From positions 477 to 64,476 of the forward strand of contig BPJM01000005.1 in NCBI GenBank assembly GCA_026004615.1: a stretch of 64,000 bases of DNA. The letters are read 5' to 3'. The stretch comes from Planctomycetota bacterium (GTDB lineage Bacteria > Planctomycetota > J058 > J103). The position numbers and the translations under genes are program-made. Of this stretch, positions 1 to 9,145 are shown piece after piece. The notes beneath the pieces are model-generated. The model searched no databases, was not told where the DNA came from, and saw only the letters and a program-made list of their open reading frames with translations. How positions within the stretch are numbered: the first letter of the stretch is position 1; every line of letters begins with the position of its first letter.

Positions 1-1910
1 GCGGTGGCGAGCGCGGCCTGCAGCGGCGTCACCAGCAGATCGCCTTGTCCGATCGCCAGGTTGCGGCTGTCGCCCTTGCGCCAGAACGCCTGCTCCTGCC
101 AGCGCGCGAGCCGGGCGGTGGCGCCCGCGAGCTCCCGCAGCCGCTGCTCGAGCGCCGCCGCGTGGATCGCGCTCCCGAGCCCGCCGGGCAGCGCGCCCCC
201 GAGGGCCGCCGCCGCCGCGCCGGCTGCCAGCCCGCCGAGCGCAGCCGCCAGCTCCGCGCGCAGCCGCTGCACCCGGAGCTGGGTGGCGGCGAGCTGCTCG
301 CGCTTCCACGCCGTTGTCGGCACCCGGCCCCGCGCCTCGCCGGGCAGCTCGATCCCGGTGGGCCGCCCGAGCCCGAAGCTGCGGTAGGCACGGACCAGTC
401 CGCCCTCGCCCAGCGCCTCGCCCAGCAGGTAGAAGTAGATGTTGCAGGAGCGCTCGAGCGCCTGCGCCAGATCGAGTGCGCCGTGTCCATGCCGGGCGTT
501 GCACTGGAAGGCGTGCCGGGTGTGCAGATAGCCGCGGCAGAATACGGTGCGCTCCGGCACGAGAGGTTCGCCCTCCAGCAGCAGGCCTTCGCTGCTGAGC
601 GCAGCTGCCGCCACCAGCGGCTTGACGATCGAGCCCGGCGCGAGCGCCGCCGCGATCGCGCGGTGTACCAGCGGGTGTGTCGGCTCCGAGGCGAGTCGCT
701 GCCAGTCGCGGCGCAGGGTGTTGGGGTCGTAGCGGGGCGAGCTGGCGAGCACCAGCAGCTCCCCGCTGCTGCCGTCCAGCAGCACCGCCGCGCCGCCGCG
801 GCCGCCGGCCCGCCGCACGGCCTCATCCAGCGCCTGTTCGACCGCGCGCTGCAGCTCCAGCTCGATCGTCAGCTCGACGTCCCGGCCGGGGATCGGCGGT
901 TCGGCGTCGATCACGCGCTGGGCGCCGCTGGTGCGATCGCGCTCCAGCAGCCGCCCGCCGGCCACACCGGCCAGCACCTGTTCCAGCGCCGCCTCCACGC
1001 CCTGGCGGCCGATCTCCGCATCGAGGAAGTAGGCCTGGCCGCGGATCGCCAGCAGCCGCTCCAGCGAGCGCCAGCTCCGCTCGCCGACCAGCAGCCGTCC
1101 CGCAGCCCGGAGTTCGGTCACCTCCTCCGGTCCGAGCGCGCCGGTATAGCCGAGCACGTGCGCGAGCGCGTCGCCGTACGGGTAGGCGCGCCGCGCCGCG
1201 ACCTCGACCACGACCCCCGGCAGCTCGGCGGCGCGCTCCTCCAGCCGCGCCACCGTGGCGAACTCGACCCCGCTCGCCACCACGACCGGGGTCTCGAGCC
1301 GCTGCGCGCGGTCCAGCCGGTTGTCGATCGCCAGCGCGCGGGCGATCTGCCCGGCGGCCAGCCGCTCCAGCTCCCTTGGCTCGCGGCCCAGCTCGACGGC
1401 GAGCTCGGCCAGCACCCGCGTGCGCCGCAGGAGCAGCGCGCGCTCCACGAGCAGCTCGGCTCCCTGTACCTGCAGGCCCGGCTCGGCGGCAGCCAGGCGC
1501 AGAAATAGCGCGCGCGAGGCCGCAGAGGGCGCGCGCGCGAGCACCAGCGGGCCGCCCGCCGGTTCGGCGAGCGCCTGCTGGCGGATCGCCTCCCAGCGCG
1601 CCTGGAGCTCGAGCCGCGGCCGCCGCAGGATGCGCGCCAGCTGCGCCGGCACCTCGGTGCCGCGCTCCAGCTCCGCCAGCCGCAAGCCCACCTGATAGGT
1701 CGGCACGTCGGCGGCGAGCACCCGCCCGAGGCGATCCCGGATCTGGCCGCGCGGCGCGCGCTGCAACTGGACCCGCAGCCGCGCGTCGCGGGCGCGGGCG
1801 CGATAGTACTGCCCCTCCGCCAGCTGCAGCCAGCCCAGCCGGCCGAGCAGCACCCCAAACGCCACGAGCAGTCCGGTGCCCAGCGCCACGAGCCGCTGCC
1901 GATAGCGCAT
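1..1910 (-). CDS. mrdA: Penicillin-binding protein 2 (peptidoglycan D,D-transpeptidase MrdA). The N-terminal ~636 aa are present; the gene runs off the window at coordinate 1.
   Basis: I translated the minus strand manually from the ATG at 1910..1908. It gives MRYRQRLVALGTGLLVAFGVLLGRL..., with the SxxK active-site motif (GSIVKP) and the SxN motif (ERSCNIYFY). It sits immediately downstream of mreD. The ORF track does not list it because there is no stop inside the window. Confidence 0.8.
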   Translation of the reverse strand, partial: MRYRQRLVALGTGLLVAFGVLLGRLGWLQLAEGQYYRARARDARLRVQLQRAPRGQIRDRLGRVLAADVPTYQVGLRLAELERGTEVPAQLARILRRPRLELQARWEAIRQQALAEPAGGPLVLARAPSAASRALFLRLAAAEPGLQVQGAELLVERALLLRRTRVLAELAVELGREPRELERLAAGQIARALAIDNRLDRAQRLETPVVVASGVEFATVARLEERAAELPGVVVEVAARRAYPYGDALAHVLGYTGALGPEEVTELRAAGRLLVGERSWRSLERLLAIRGQAYFLDAEIGRQGVEAALEQVLAGVAGGRLLERDRTSGAQRVIDAEPPIPGRDVELTIELELQRAVEQALDEAVRRAGGRGGAAVLLDGSSGELLVLASSPRYDPNTLRRDWQRLASEPTHPLVHRAIAAALAPGSIVKPLVAAAALSSEGLLLEGEPLVPERTVFCRGYLHTRHAFQCNARHGHGALDLAQALERSCNIYFYLLGEALGEGGLVRAYRSFGLGRPTGIELPGEARGRVPTTAWKREQLAATQLRVQRLRAELAAALGGLAAGAAAAALGGALPGGLGSAIHAAALEQRLRELAGATARLARWQEQAFWRKGDSRNLAIGQGDLLVTPLQAALAT

Positions 1911-1914
1911 CGGG

Positions 1915-2412
1915 TCAGCACGCCTCCCGGTTGCGGGCGAACGTGGCCACCGCGGCGAGGAGCAGCACCGGCACCGGGGCGAAGGCTGCGCTCAGCACGG
2001 CGGTGCAGAACACCAGCTCGGCGGCACGGCCCGGCGGCATGCCACACGCGAGCACCGCGTGCAGCGCGGCCGGCGCGTACGCCAGCGCGCAGGCCGGCGG
2101 CAGCAGCGCCAGCACCGGCGCGAGCGCCACCAGCCGGCGCCGCCCGACAAGCCGGCGCACCAGCGTGCCGGCGAGCAGAAAACCGGCGGCGAACAGCCCC
2201 GCCGGCCCGCCGCCCGTCGCGTCGCGGAGCGCGCCCAGCAGCACCGCCGCCCCCAGCCGCGCCCGGGGCTGCGCGGACGCGAGCACCAGCAGCGCCAGCA
2301 GCAGGTCGGGCCCCGCCCCGCCCAGCCGCAGCAGCGGGGGATAACGCGCCTCGAGCACGAGCGCGGCGAGTGCGAGCGCAGCTCCAGCGAGCGCGGGCGC
2401 GGGGCCGCTCAC
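1915..2412 (-). CDS. mreD: Rod shape-determining protein MreD (polytopic membrane protein, 165 aa).
   Basis: This is the C-terminal 165 codons of the long alternate-frame ORF 1915..3840. The translation is hydrophobic and multi-TM (VSGPAPALAGAALALAALVLEARYPPLL...). A GTG start at 2412..2410 overlaps the mreC TGA stop (GTGA). It lies between mreC and mrdA. Confidence 0.6.
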   Translation of the reverse strand: MSGPAPALAGAALALAALVLEARYPPLLRLGGAGPDLLLALLVLASAQPRARLGAAVLLGALRDATGGGPAGLFAAGFLLAGTLVRRLVGRRRLVALAPVLALLPPACALAYAPAALHAVLACGMPPGRAAELVFCTAVLSAAFAPVPVLLLAAVATFARNREAC

Positions 2413-3410
2413 CGCTCCGCCTCCGGGCTGTTGCCGCCGGGCGGAGCGGCGAGCTGGTCCGGGCCCGTGGCCAGCTGGCGTGCCGCGGGCTGCCGTAGCA
2501 GAACCTCCACCTCGTCGAGCCCCTGCAGCGGCACCGCTGGCGCGAGAGTCGCCTCCACCGCGCGCGTGCGCGGGTCGACCTCGACCTCGACCACGGTGCC
2601 GAGGAGCAGTCCGGCGGGCGCGACCTCGCTCCGGGGCGAGACGACCACCCGGTCGCCAGGGCGAGGGGCAGCAGTGCCGTCGGGGCGGAAGCGGAGCGCT
2701 CCCTGCCCGTCGCCACGCGCGATGCCCTCCAGTGGAGGCGGCGCTTCGGGTGCGGGCCCGGTCGCCCTCCCGCCGTCGGGCCCCTCGCCGGCGCGCTCGG
2801 GCGGACAGGCGCCCGGATCGGCGGGCCTCTCGCCGCCGGTCCCCGACGCTCCGCCGGGCGGCTCCAGGATGCGGGCGCGGACGCGGAACGCCGGAGCGGT
2901 GGCGAGCAGCACCTCGGAGCGATCGGGCGCGACGGCGGCCAGCCGGCCGAGCAGCGCGCTGCCGGCAGTGACCGGATCGCCCGGCGCAAGGCCCGCCTCC
3001 AGCCCGGCGTCGATCCGCAGCCGGCCCCCGCGATCCAGCGCCCCGCGGGCGGCACCGGCTGCCGCGGCGGCGCCGCCGAGCACGCGCGCGAGCACCACGT
3101 GCGGCACCGCGCGCGCCGGCACGGCCTCGCGCAGCGCTCCCAGGCGTGCGAGCGCCGCCACCAGCTCGGCGCGCTCCGCCTCGGCGTGCAACAGCTGCGC
3201 GCGCAGATACGCACAGCTTTCGCAGCGAGCCTGCGGACCGGCGTGCTCTGGCTGGCTGCCCGCCGCGGACGACGCCCGCGTGCCGCCCGCCAGCCGCTCC
3301 AGCCATCCCAGCAGTCCCAGCCGCAGCGCGTCCCAGGCCGGGCGCGGGCAGAGCAGCAGCCCCAGCAGCACCCCGAGGGCGAAGGCGTGATGTCTCGTCC
3401 ACCGCCACAT
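2409..3410 (-). CDS. mreC: Rod shape-determining protein MreC.
   Basis: N-terminal TM segment, then a coiled-coil segment, then C-terminal beta domains with GDxV...G motifs (GDPVTAGSALLGRL; GDRVVVSPRSEVAPAGLLLGTVVEV). It is immediately downstream of mreB. Confidence 0.8.
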   Translation of the reverse strand: MWRWTRHHAFALGVLLGLLLCPRPAWDALRLGLLGWLERLAGGTRASSAAGSQPEHAGPQARCESCAYLRAQLLHAEAERAELVAALARLGALREAVPARAVPHVVLARVLGGAAAAAGAARGALDRGGRLRIDAGLEAGLAPGDPVTAGSALLGRLAAVAPDRSEVLLATAPAFRVRARILEPPGGASGTGGERPADPGACPPERAGEGPDGGRATGPAPEAPPPLEGIARGDGQGALRFRPDGTAAPRPGDRVVVSPRSEVAPAGLLLGTVVEVEVDPRTRAVEATLAPAVPLQGLDEVEVLLRQPAARQLATGPDQLAAPPGGNSPEAER

Positions 3411-3458
3411 CGCGCCGCCCCGTCAGCTCACCGGACCGCGGCGCGCGCCGGCCGGGTC

Positions 3459-4511
3459 TCAGCCGAGGTCGTCCTCGCTCTCCAGGAAGGGCGCGTAGCG
3501 ATCGAGGTTTTCCAGGAAGATCGCGGTGCCCCGCGCAACGCAGGTCATCGGATCCTCGGCCAGCCGGACCGGCAGCCCGGTCTCGCGCGCGATGGCGCGG
3601 TCGAGCCCGCGCAGCTGCGAGCTGCCGCCGCACAGCACCAGGCCGTTGTCCACCAGATCGCCCGCCAGCTCCGGACCGGTCCGCTCCAGCACGCTGCGTA
3701 CCGCGGCGCAGATCTCGCCCACCGGTTTGAGCAGCGCCTCGCGGATCTCTTCCGAGGTCACGGTGGTCTGGCGCGGCAGGCCGGTCACCGTGTCCCGGCC
3801 CCGCACGTCCATCTCCAGCTCCTGCTCCAGCGGGGCGCACGAGCCGATCGCGATCTTGATGCGCTCGGCGGTCTGCTCCCCGATGTGGAGGTTGTGGGCG
3901 CGCTTGACGTGCTCGACGATGGCCTCGTCGAAATCATCGCCGGCCACGCGCAGCGACTCCGCACAGACGATCTCGGCCAGCGAGAGGACCGCGATCTCGG
4001 TCGTGCCGCCGCCGATGTCGACGACCATGCTGCCGACCGGCTGGTCCACCGGCAGCCCGGCCCCGATGCCGGCGGCGCGCGGCTCGCTGATCAGATAGAC
4101 CTTGCGTGCTCCGGCGCGCTCGGCCGAGTTGAACACCGCGCGCTTTTCCACCGCCGTGATCCCGCTCGGGACCGCCACCACCACCCGCGGGCGTACTCCC
4201 CACCGCCGGTCGTGGACCTTGCGGATGAAGTAGCTGAGCATCGCCTCGGTGATGTCGAAGTCGGCGATACGGCCCGACTTCATGGGGCGGATGGCCTGGA
4301 TGCCGGGCGGCGTCTTGGCCAGCATCGCCTTGGCGACGGCGCCGACCGCGTTGCCGTTGAGCAGCACCTGGTTGGTGCCCTTGCGCACCGCTACCACCGA
4401 CGGCTCGTTGAGCACGATGCCCTGACCGCTGACGGTGACCAGGGTGTTGGCCGTGCCGAGGTCGATCCCCATGTCGGTGGAGAACAGTCCCAGGAACCAG
4501 TCGAGGATCAT
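3459..4511 (-). CDS. mreB: Rod shape-determining actin homolog MreB (351 aa).
   Basis: From the internal ATG at 4511 the product is MILDWFLGLFSTDMGIDLGTANTLV...VVDIGGGTTEIAVLSL...LCGGSSQLRGLDRAIARETGLPV. This is unmistakably MreB. The upstream 70 codons of ORF 3459..4721 are non-protein-like. Confidence 0.95.
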   Translation of the reverse strand: MILDWFLGLFSTDMGIDLGTANTLVTVSGQGIVLNEPSVVAVRKGTNQVLLNGNAVGAVAKAMLAKTPPGIQAIRPMKSGRIADFDITEAMLSYFIRKVHDRRWGVRPRVVVAVPSGITAVEKRAVFNSAERAGARKVYLISEPRAAGIGAGLPVDQPVGSMVVDIGGGTTEIAVLSLAEIVCAESLRVAGDDFDEAIVEHVKRAHNLHIGEQTAERIKIAIGSCAPLEQELEMDVRGRDTVTGLPRQTTVTSEEIREALLKPVGEICAAVRSVLERTGPELAGDLVDNGLVLCGGSSQLRGLDRAIARETGLPVRLAEDPMTCVARGTAIFLENLDRYAPFLESEDDLG

Positions 4512-4892
4512 GCCGTCGCCAGCCTCGCCCACCGTGCCCGGCGCGGGCCAACCGCCCGCTCCTCTGTCTGTATCGGCGCGCTGCGGCCGCAGGTTCACAG
4601 CCCGGCGGGCGCGCGGTGCGGGGCCGGGCGGGCGGCAGGGCTCACCGCCCGCCGTGCGGGCCGCGAAGGGGGGCGGGACGCTGCCCGCGGGCGCTCGCAC
4701 CCCGCCGCCGCCCGATCGCACAGGCGCGCCGGCGAGCTGCTCGCGGCCGGGCGGTAGCTCGCGGCGAGAGGTCCGCCGATCCGGGCGGGGTGCGTGCGGG
4801 CGCGGGGCAGAAGGGAGCGGCAGCGCGCAAGTGCAGTTCCGGCGCCCGACCGGCCACTCCGCGGGCGCACGTTCCTGGCGGGGCAGCGGGCA

Positions 4893-5132
4893 CTATGTAC
4901 CGGGCTGTCGTTCCTCGGGGCGCAGGTCCGGGTAGCGCTGCTTGTCGAGCTGGAGCGGGGTGATCTGGAACTCGTTGGTCAGCCGGCGCGTCTCGGGATT
5001 CACGTACCAGCCGATCTGGCGCACGCTCAGCCAGATGCCGAGGATGAGCGCGATCGCGGTCACGATCAGCAGCGCCAGCGAGACGGGATCGCTGGGCTGC
5101 TTGTGCAGGATGTCATCGTCTTCGTAGGGCAC
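4893..5132 (-). CDS. Small single-TM membrane protein (79 aa), hypothetical.
   Basis: Protein-like composition and one TM helix (LALLIVTAIALILGIWLSV). Local GC is lower than in the flanking intergenic DNA. It lies between the coiled-coil gene and mreB. Confidence 0.35.
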   Translation of the reverse strand: MPYEDDDILHKQPSDPVSLALLIVTAIALILGIWLSVRQIGWYVNPETRRLTNEFQITPLQLDKQRYPDLRPEERQPGT

Positions 5133-5184
5133 CGGTTCGACCTCCGCCTGCTCCGCGCCCTGCTGGCGCGCCGCGCTGCTCCGC

Positions 5185-6058
5185 TCAGTCCAGCCGCGTG
5201 GCGGCCGTGTCGCCGGCGCGGATCTGCTGGCCGGGGGCGGTGAACAGCACCCGCGCGCCCGAGGAGTCGCGCATGGGCTTGGTCACCACCACCTTGCCGA
5301 TGAAGGTGTCGCGCCGGTAGATCGTGAACTGATAGCCCCGCTCCACGCCCTGATCCTTGCCCACGCTCAGCAGCACACTCGCCGGCTCGGTGCTGGTGTC
5401 GACCCCGGCCACCACGCCGTTGATCGCCGGCACCGGCGGGGGTACCGAGCACGATCTGGTACAGGTCGACGCCGTGCTCGGACTTGGCGGTGTCGATCAT
5501 GAGCTGCAGATCGAGCGCCTTCTGCTTGGCGTCGGCGTAGTCCTTGCGCGCCTGTCCGAGGTCCTTCTCCAGCGCCGTCTTCTGCTGGAGCAGCCGCGCC
5601 ACCTGCGCCTGGGCACGATCGAGGTTGTCCTTGGCGATCTTGAGCTCGCCATCGAGCTGGGTCACGCGCTGCAGGTAGTCGCGGATCTGGTCGTCCTTGG
5701 CCTGCAGGTTGGTGGACACCTCCTTGTGCGTCGCCTGCAGTTGCTCGAAGTCGCTGCGGAGGCGGTTGAACTCGGTGATGCGCTGCTGGGCGCTCAGCTC
5801 CAGTGCCTTGAGCTGGTCCTTGAGGTTGGTGACCAGCGCGTCGAGCTCGCCGATCTTGCGGTCCAGATCGCTGTTGGAACCGCGCAGGGCGGCGATCTGC
5901 GCCTCCTTGGCCTGGACCACCTGCTGGTGGTGCGAGCGGGCGCGCTCGTAGGCCTGGCGCCAGTTGTTCTCGTGATAGCTGAGCGTGGCCTGGGCGCCGA
6001 GGTAGATCAAGCTCAGCACCGTGACGATCACGATGAAGATCCTGCCGAGAAGGCTCAT
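5185..6058 (-). CDS. Protein with N-terminal TM, a long coiled coil and a C-terminal beta-rich domain. It is frameshifted in this assembly at about 5440-5460.
   Basis: ORF 5066..6058 gives MSLLGRIFIVIVTVLSLIYLG followed by a heptad-rich coiled coil. ORF 5185..5433, in another frame, gives a protein-like C-terminal domain (GVVAGVDTSTEPASVLLSVGKDQGVERGYQFTIY...). The two frames meet at a GGGGG/CCCCC run at 5447-5451. One indel there makes a single ~290 aa product. Confidence 0.5.
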
Positions 6059-6279
6059 CGACCTCCCCTCCCGTAGTCCGAGCGCGACGGCGCGTGCCCA
6101 GCCCCACGCGGCGCCCCTGACCAGCAGCCCCCGATTATAGGTGGCGGCAGGGGGGCGTCAAGCGCAACCGCTTGTGCCGCCTGACGATGACGGATCGATG
6201 ACAGAGCCGCGGCCCGCCGGTGACGAAGGCGCCCTGCGCGGCCCTCGAGGTGTGCCGGCGGCGCGGGCACCGGCAGCCT

Positions 6280-8016
6280 TCACGGGCGGGCGGCCGGCCG
6301 GTGACGCCGGTCCGGCGCGACCAGCGCCGCCAGCGCGCCCAGCACCGCCAGGCCGACCGCGCCCAGCCCGGGCCAGTCGCCGTACCGCACGTAGAAGGTG
6401 CGTTCAGGGCTGGAGAGCAACGGCGCGCGGAGCGCGCCCTCGATCTGCTTGCGCCGTCCGTCTGCCCGCACCAGATCGTAGATCCGGCCCGCCGGATCGA
6501 CCAGGTGGCTGATGCCGCCATTGACCGCGGCGAGCACGCCGCGCCGCGTCTCGATCGCGCGGAACATGCCGTGGATGCGTGCCAGGTCCAGCTCCGCGCT
6601 GTCCTCGAACCAGGCGTAGTTGGAGACGTTGACGATGGCATCCGCGCCGGCGAGCACGCCCAGGCGCACCGCGCTGCTGAACGTGATGTCGAAGCAGACG
6701 TTGGGCGCGATCCGGAAGCCATCCAGCTCGAACAGCACCGGGCCGCGCCCCCGCTCGAACTGGCTGAAGCCGGGGGTGAAGTTCTCGCGCACGTACCTGT
6801 AGAAGGCCGGCCAGGTGTGCTGCAGCGGGGTGTATTCGCTGACCGGCGCCAGGTGCATCTTGTCGTAGCGGCCGAGCACGGTGCCGCTGGCGTCGAGATA
6901 AAAGGCGCTGTTGTGCTCGACCGGCTCCTGGCGATCCTGGTCCCACGCCGCATGCAACGAGCCGGCGATCAGCCGGCGCGCCCCGGCCTCGCGGAGCACC
7001 GCGGCGAGCCGCCGTTGCAGCTCGGGCACCTGGTCGACCGCGGCATACGGCAGCCGCGCGTCGGAAGCGCGCCAGACCGGAAGCATGGTCTCGGGCCAGA
7101 CCACCAGGTCCGGCGGGCTGCCGCCCGAGCGCGCGTGCTGGCGGGTGAGCCGCTCCAGGTCGCGCAGGCGCCGCATGGGGTCGAAGTCGGTGGCATTCTT
7201 GAGCCGCTGCGGGATGTGGGGCTGGACGGCGAGCGCCTCCGGGCCGCGGACGAAGCTCTGCGGGGTGAGCGCGGCCAGCCGGCCGGCACCATACAGCCAG
7301 GCGGCCAGGGTGGCGGCCAGGGGCAGCCAACCCAGCCGAGCGAGCCGCCGCCACGCGGTGCGGGCGGGCGGCCGGGCACCGGCGGGCGCGCTCGGCGGCC
7401 GCCAGGCGTTCCACAGATCGAGCACCAGGCCGTTCCAGGCGGCCACGAGCAGCGAGACCAGCAGCTGTCCGCCCAGCTCGGCGACCTGCACCACCGCCTG
7501 GAGCGGATAGACCGCGTGTCCGAGGTAGAACCACGGAAACGCCCAGAAGAACAGCCGGCCGCGCAGGCTCTCGCATGCCACCCACGCCAGCGGCAGCCAC
7601 ACCAGCGCCGGCCAGCCCGCCCTCGCCATGGGGCGAGCGAGCGTGGCGAACAGCAGTCCGTACAACCCGAAGCCGAATGCGGTGGCCAGCCACGGCACCA
7701 GGCCGAACAGCGCCAGCCAGTGCACCGCCGCTCCGCCGCCGAGCAGGAATCCGGCGAAGCCGCCGAGCAGCGCCTGCCGCAAGCGGGCCGCGCCCACGAG
7801 CCGGCCGAGCGGCGCCGCGCAGAGGAACGCCAGCGGCCAGAGCGCTGCGGGGTGGAACGCGAGGGCGAACAGCGCCGCGTGCGCGAGCACCAGCGCCGCC
7901 CACCGCCTCCAGGGCAGGCGTGGCGGTGCCGCCGGCGCGCCTGCCGCCGGAGCGGGCGCAGCTGCCGCGGGCTGCGGCGCTCGCTGCTGTGCCGGGCCAG
8001 CAGATCGTGCCGTCAT
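6280..8016 (-). CDS. lnt: Apolipoprotein N-acyltransferase.
   Basis: Multi-TM N-terminus followed by a CN-hydrolase domain. It carries VVWPE, the catalytic Lys region (YDKMHL) and the NVCFD Cys motif. The length is typical at 578 aa. Confidence 0.85.
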   Translation of the reverse strand: MTARSAGPAQQRAPQPAAAAPAPAAGAPAAPPRLPWRRWAALVLAHAALFALAFHPAALWPLAFLCAAPLGRLVGAARLRQALLGGFAGFLLGGGAAVHWLALFGLVPWLATAFGFGLYGLLFATLARPMARAGWPALVWLPLAWVACESLRGRLFFWAFPWFYLGHAVYPLQAVVQVAELGGQLLVSLLVAAWNGLVLDLWNAWRPPSAPAGARPPARTAWRRLARLGWLPLAATLAAWLYGAGRLAALTPQSFVRGPEALAVQPHIPQRLKNATDFDPMRRLRDLERLTRQHARSGGSPPDLVVWPETMLPVWRASDARLPYAAVDQVPELQRRLAAVLREAGARRLIAGSLHAAWDQDRQEPVEHNSAFYLDASGTVLGRYDKMHLAPVSEYTPLQHTWPAFYRYVRENFTPGFSQFERGRGPVLFELDGFRIAPNVCFDITFSSAVRLGVLAGADAIVNVSNYAWFEDSAELDLARIHGMFRAIETRRGVLAAVNGGISHLVDPAGRIYDLVRADGRRKQIEGALRAPLLSSPERTFYVRYGDWPGLGAVGLAVLGALAALVAPDRRHRPAARP

Positions 8017-8141
8017 GGCAGACCAAGCCTACCGGCCGGGCGGGCACAGGTCCAGACGGCCGGCCCGGCTTGCCAGCGGCGGCCCCGGCACCGGAGCACC
8101 GGACAGCTGCGGCGCGCCGGCTCCGGGCGCGCGGTGCGCAC

Positions 8142-9131
8142 TCACGCTCCGCCTGGCAGCGGCCCGCCGGGCGGCGTGCGCGCCAGCGCGTCGATGATCG
8201 CCTCGAGATCGAGGGTGGGCTGCCAGCCGATCAGTTCGCGGGCCCGGCGCAAATCGGGGCGGCGGCGGGGCATGTCGTCGAAGCCGGGGCCGTAGGCCTC
8301 CGCATACGGCACGTACGCGATCGGAGCGGCGGGGTTGAGGCGCGCGCGCACCCGCTCCGCGAGCTCCCGGATCGTCACCTCCTCGTCGCTGCCGAGGTTC
8401 ACGACCTTGCCCCACGCGGCCTCGCAGCTCAGCAGCGCCTCGAGCCCGCGCACCACGTCTCCGACCCAGGTGAAGCACCGGCTCTGCGTGCCATCGCCAT
8501 ACACGGTGAGCGGGCCGCCGGCGCGCGCCTGCTCGATGAACCGCGGCAGCACCATGCCCCAGCGCCCGCTCTGCCGCGGGCCCACGGTGTTGAACAGCCG
8601 CACCACCACCGCGCGCAGTCCCCGCTCGCGCACCAGCGCCAGGGCCAGAAACTCATCCAGCAGCTTGGAGCAGGCGTATGCCCAGCGCGGCCTGCTCGGC
8701 GGACCCAGCACCAGGTCATCCTCTTCGTGGAAGCGCGCTCCTGCGGCGCGGCCGTACACCTCGCTGCTGGAGGCGAGCACCACCGGCAGCCCGCGGCGGG
8801 CGGCCTCGAACAGCACCACCCGCGTCGGCTCCAGGTTGCGCTCGATGCACTCGGCGGCTCGCTCGACCACCAGGCGCACTCCGACTGCCGCCGCCAGGTG
8901 TACCACCGCGTCTGCCTCGGCGAACAGCTCGCGGACCAGCCGCGGATCGGCCGCGTCGCCCTGGACGAAACGGCCTCCTCGCGCCAGGAAGGCCTGCAGG
9001 TTGGCGCGGCGCCCGGTGGACAGATCGTCCAGCACCGTCACCCGCGTGCCGCCCGCGAGCAGCCGCTCCGCCAGGTGCGAGCCGATGAAGCCCGCGCCGC
9101 CGGTGATCACTGCGTGGCGGTATGGGACCAT
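8142..9131 (-). CDS. NAD-dependent epimerase/dehydratase (SDR family), UDP-glucuronate decarboxylase-like.
   Basis: VITGGAGFIGSHLAERLLAGGTRVTVLDDLSTGRRANL and a YxxxK region (YACSKLL). I prefer the ATG at 9131 (MVPYRH...) because it does not overlap the upstream lipoprotein gene. The ORF as listed starts at 9206. Confidence 0.8.
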   Translation of the reverse strand: MVPYRHAVITGGAGFIGSHLAERLLAGGTRVTVLDDLSTGRRANLQAFLARGGRFVQGDAADPRLVRELFAEADAVVHLAAAVGVRLVVERAAECIERNLEPTRVVLFEAARRGLPVVLASSSEVYGRAAGARFHEEDDLVLGPPSRPRWAYACSKLLDEFLALALVRERGLRAVVVRLFNTVGPRQSGRWGMVLPRFIEQARAGGPLTVYGDGTQSRCFTWVGDVVRGLEALLSCEAAWGKVVNLGSDEEVTIRELAERVRARLNPAAPIAYVPYAEAYGPGFDDMPRRRPDLRRARELIGWQPTLDLEAIIDALARTPPGGPLPGGA

Positions 9132-9145
9132 GCAGCCACGGGGCG

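Noticed and set aside
45-3214. Long ORFs 45..1508 (+), 677..2344 (+) and 1118..3214 (-), and the 5' two-thirds of 1915..3840 (-).
   Set aside because: They are Ala/Arg/Pro/Gly-rich, non-protein-like translations in alternate frames of mrdA, mreD and mreC. Such stop-free frames are expected at 72% GC. The conserved PBP2, MreD and MreC sequences occupy the other frame.
3099-4757. ORF 3099..4757 (+), 552 aa, and other plus-strand ORFs across mreB and mreC.
   Set aside because: Antisense to the clearly conserved mreB and mreC. The composition is junk-like.
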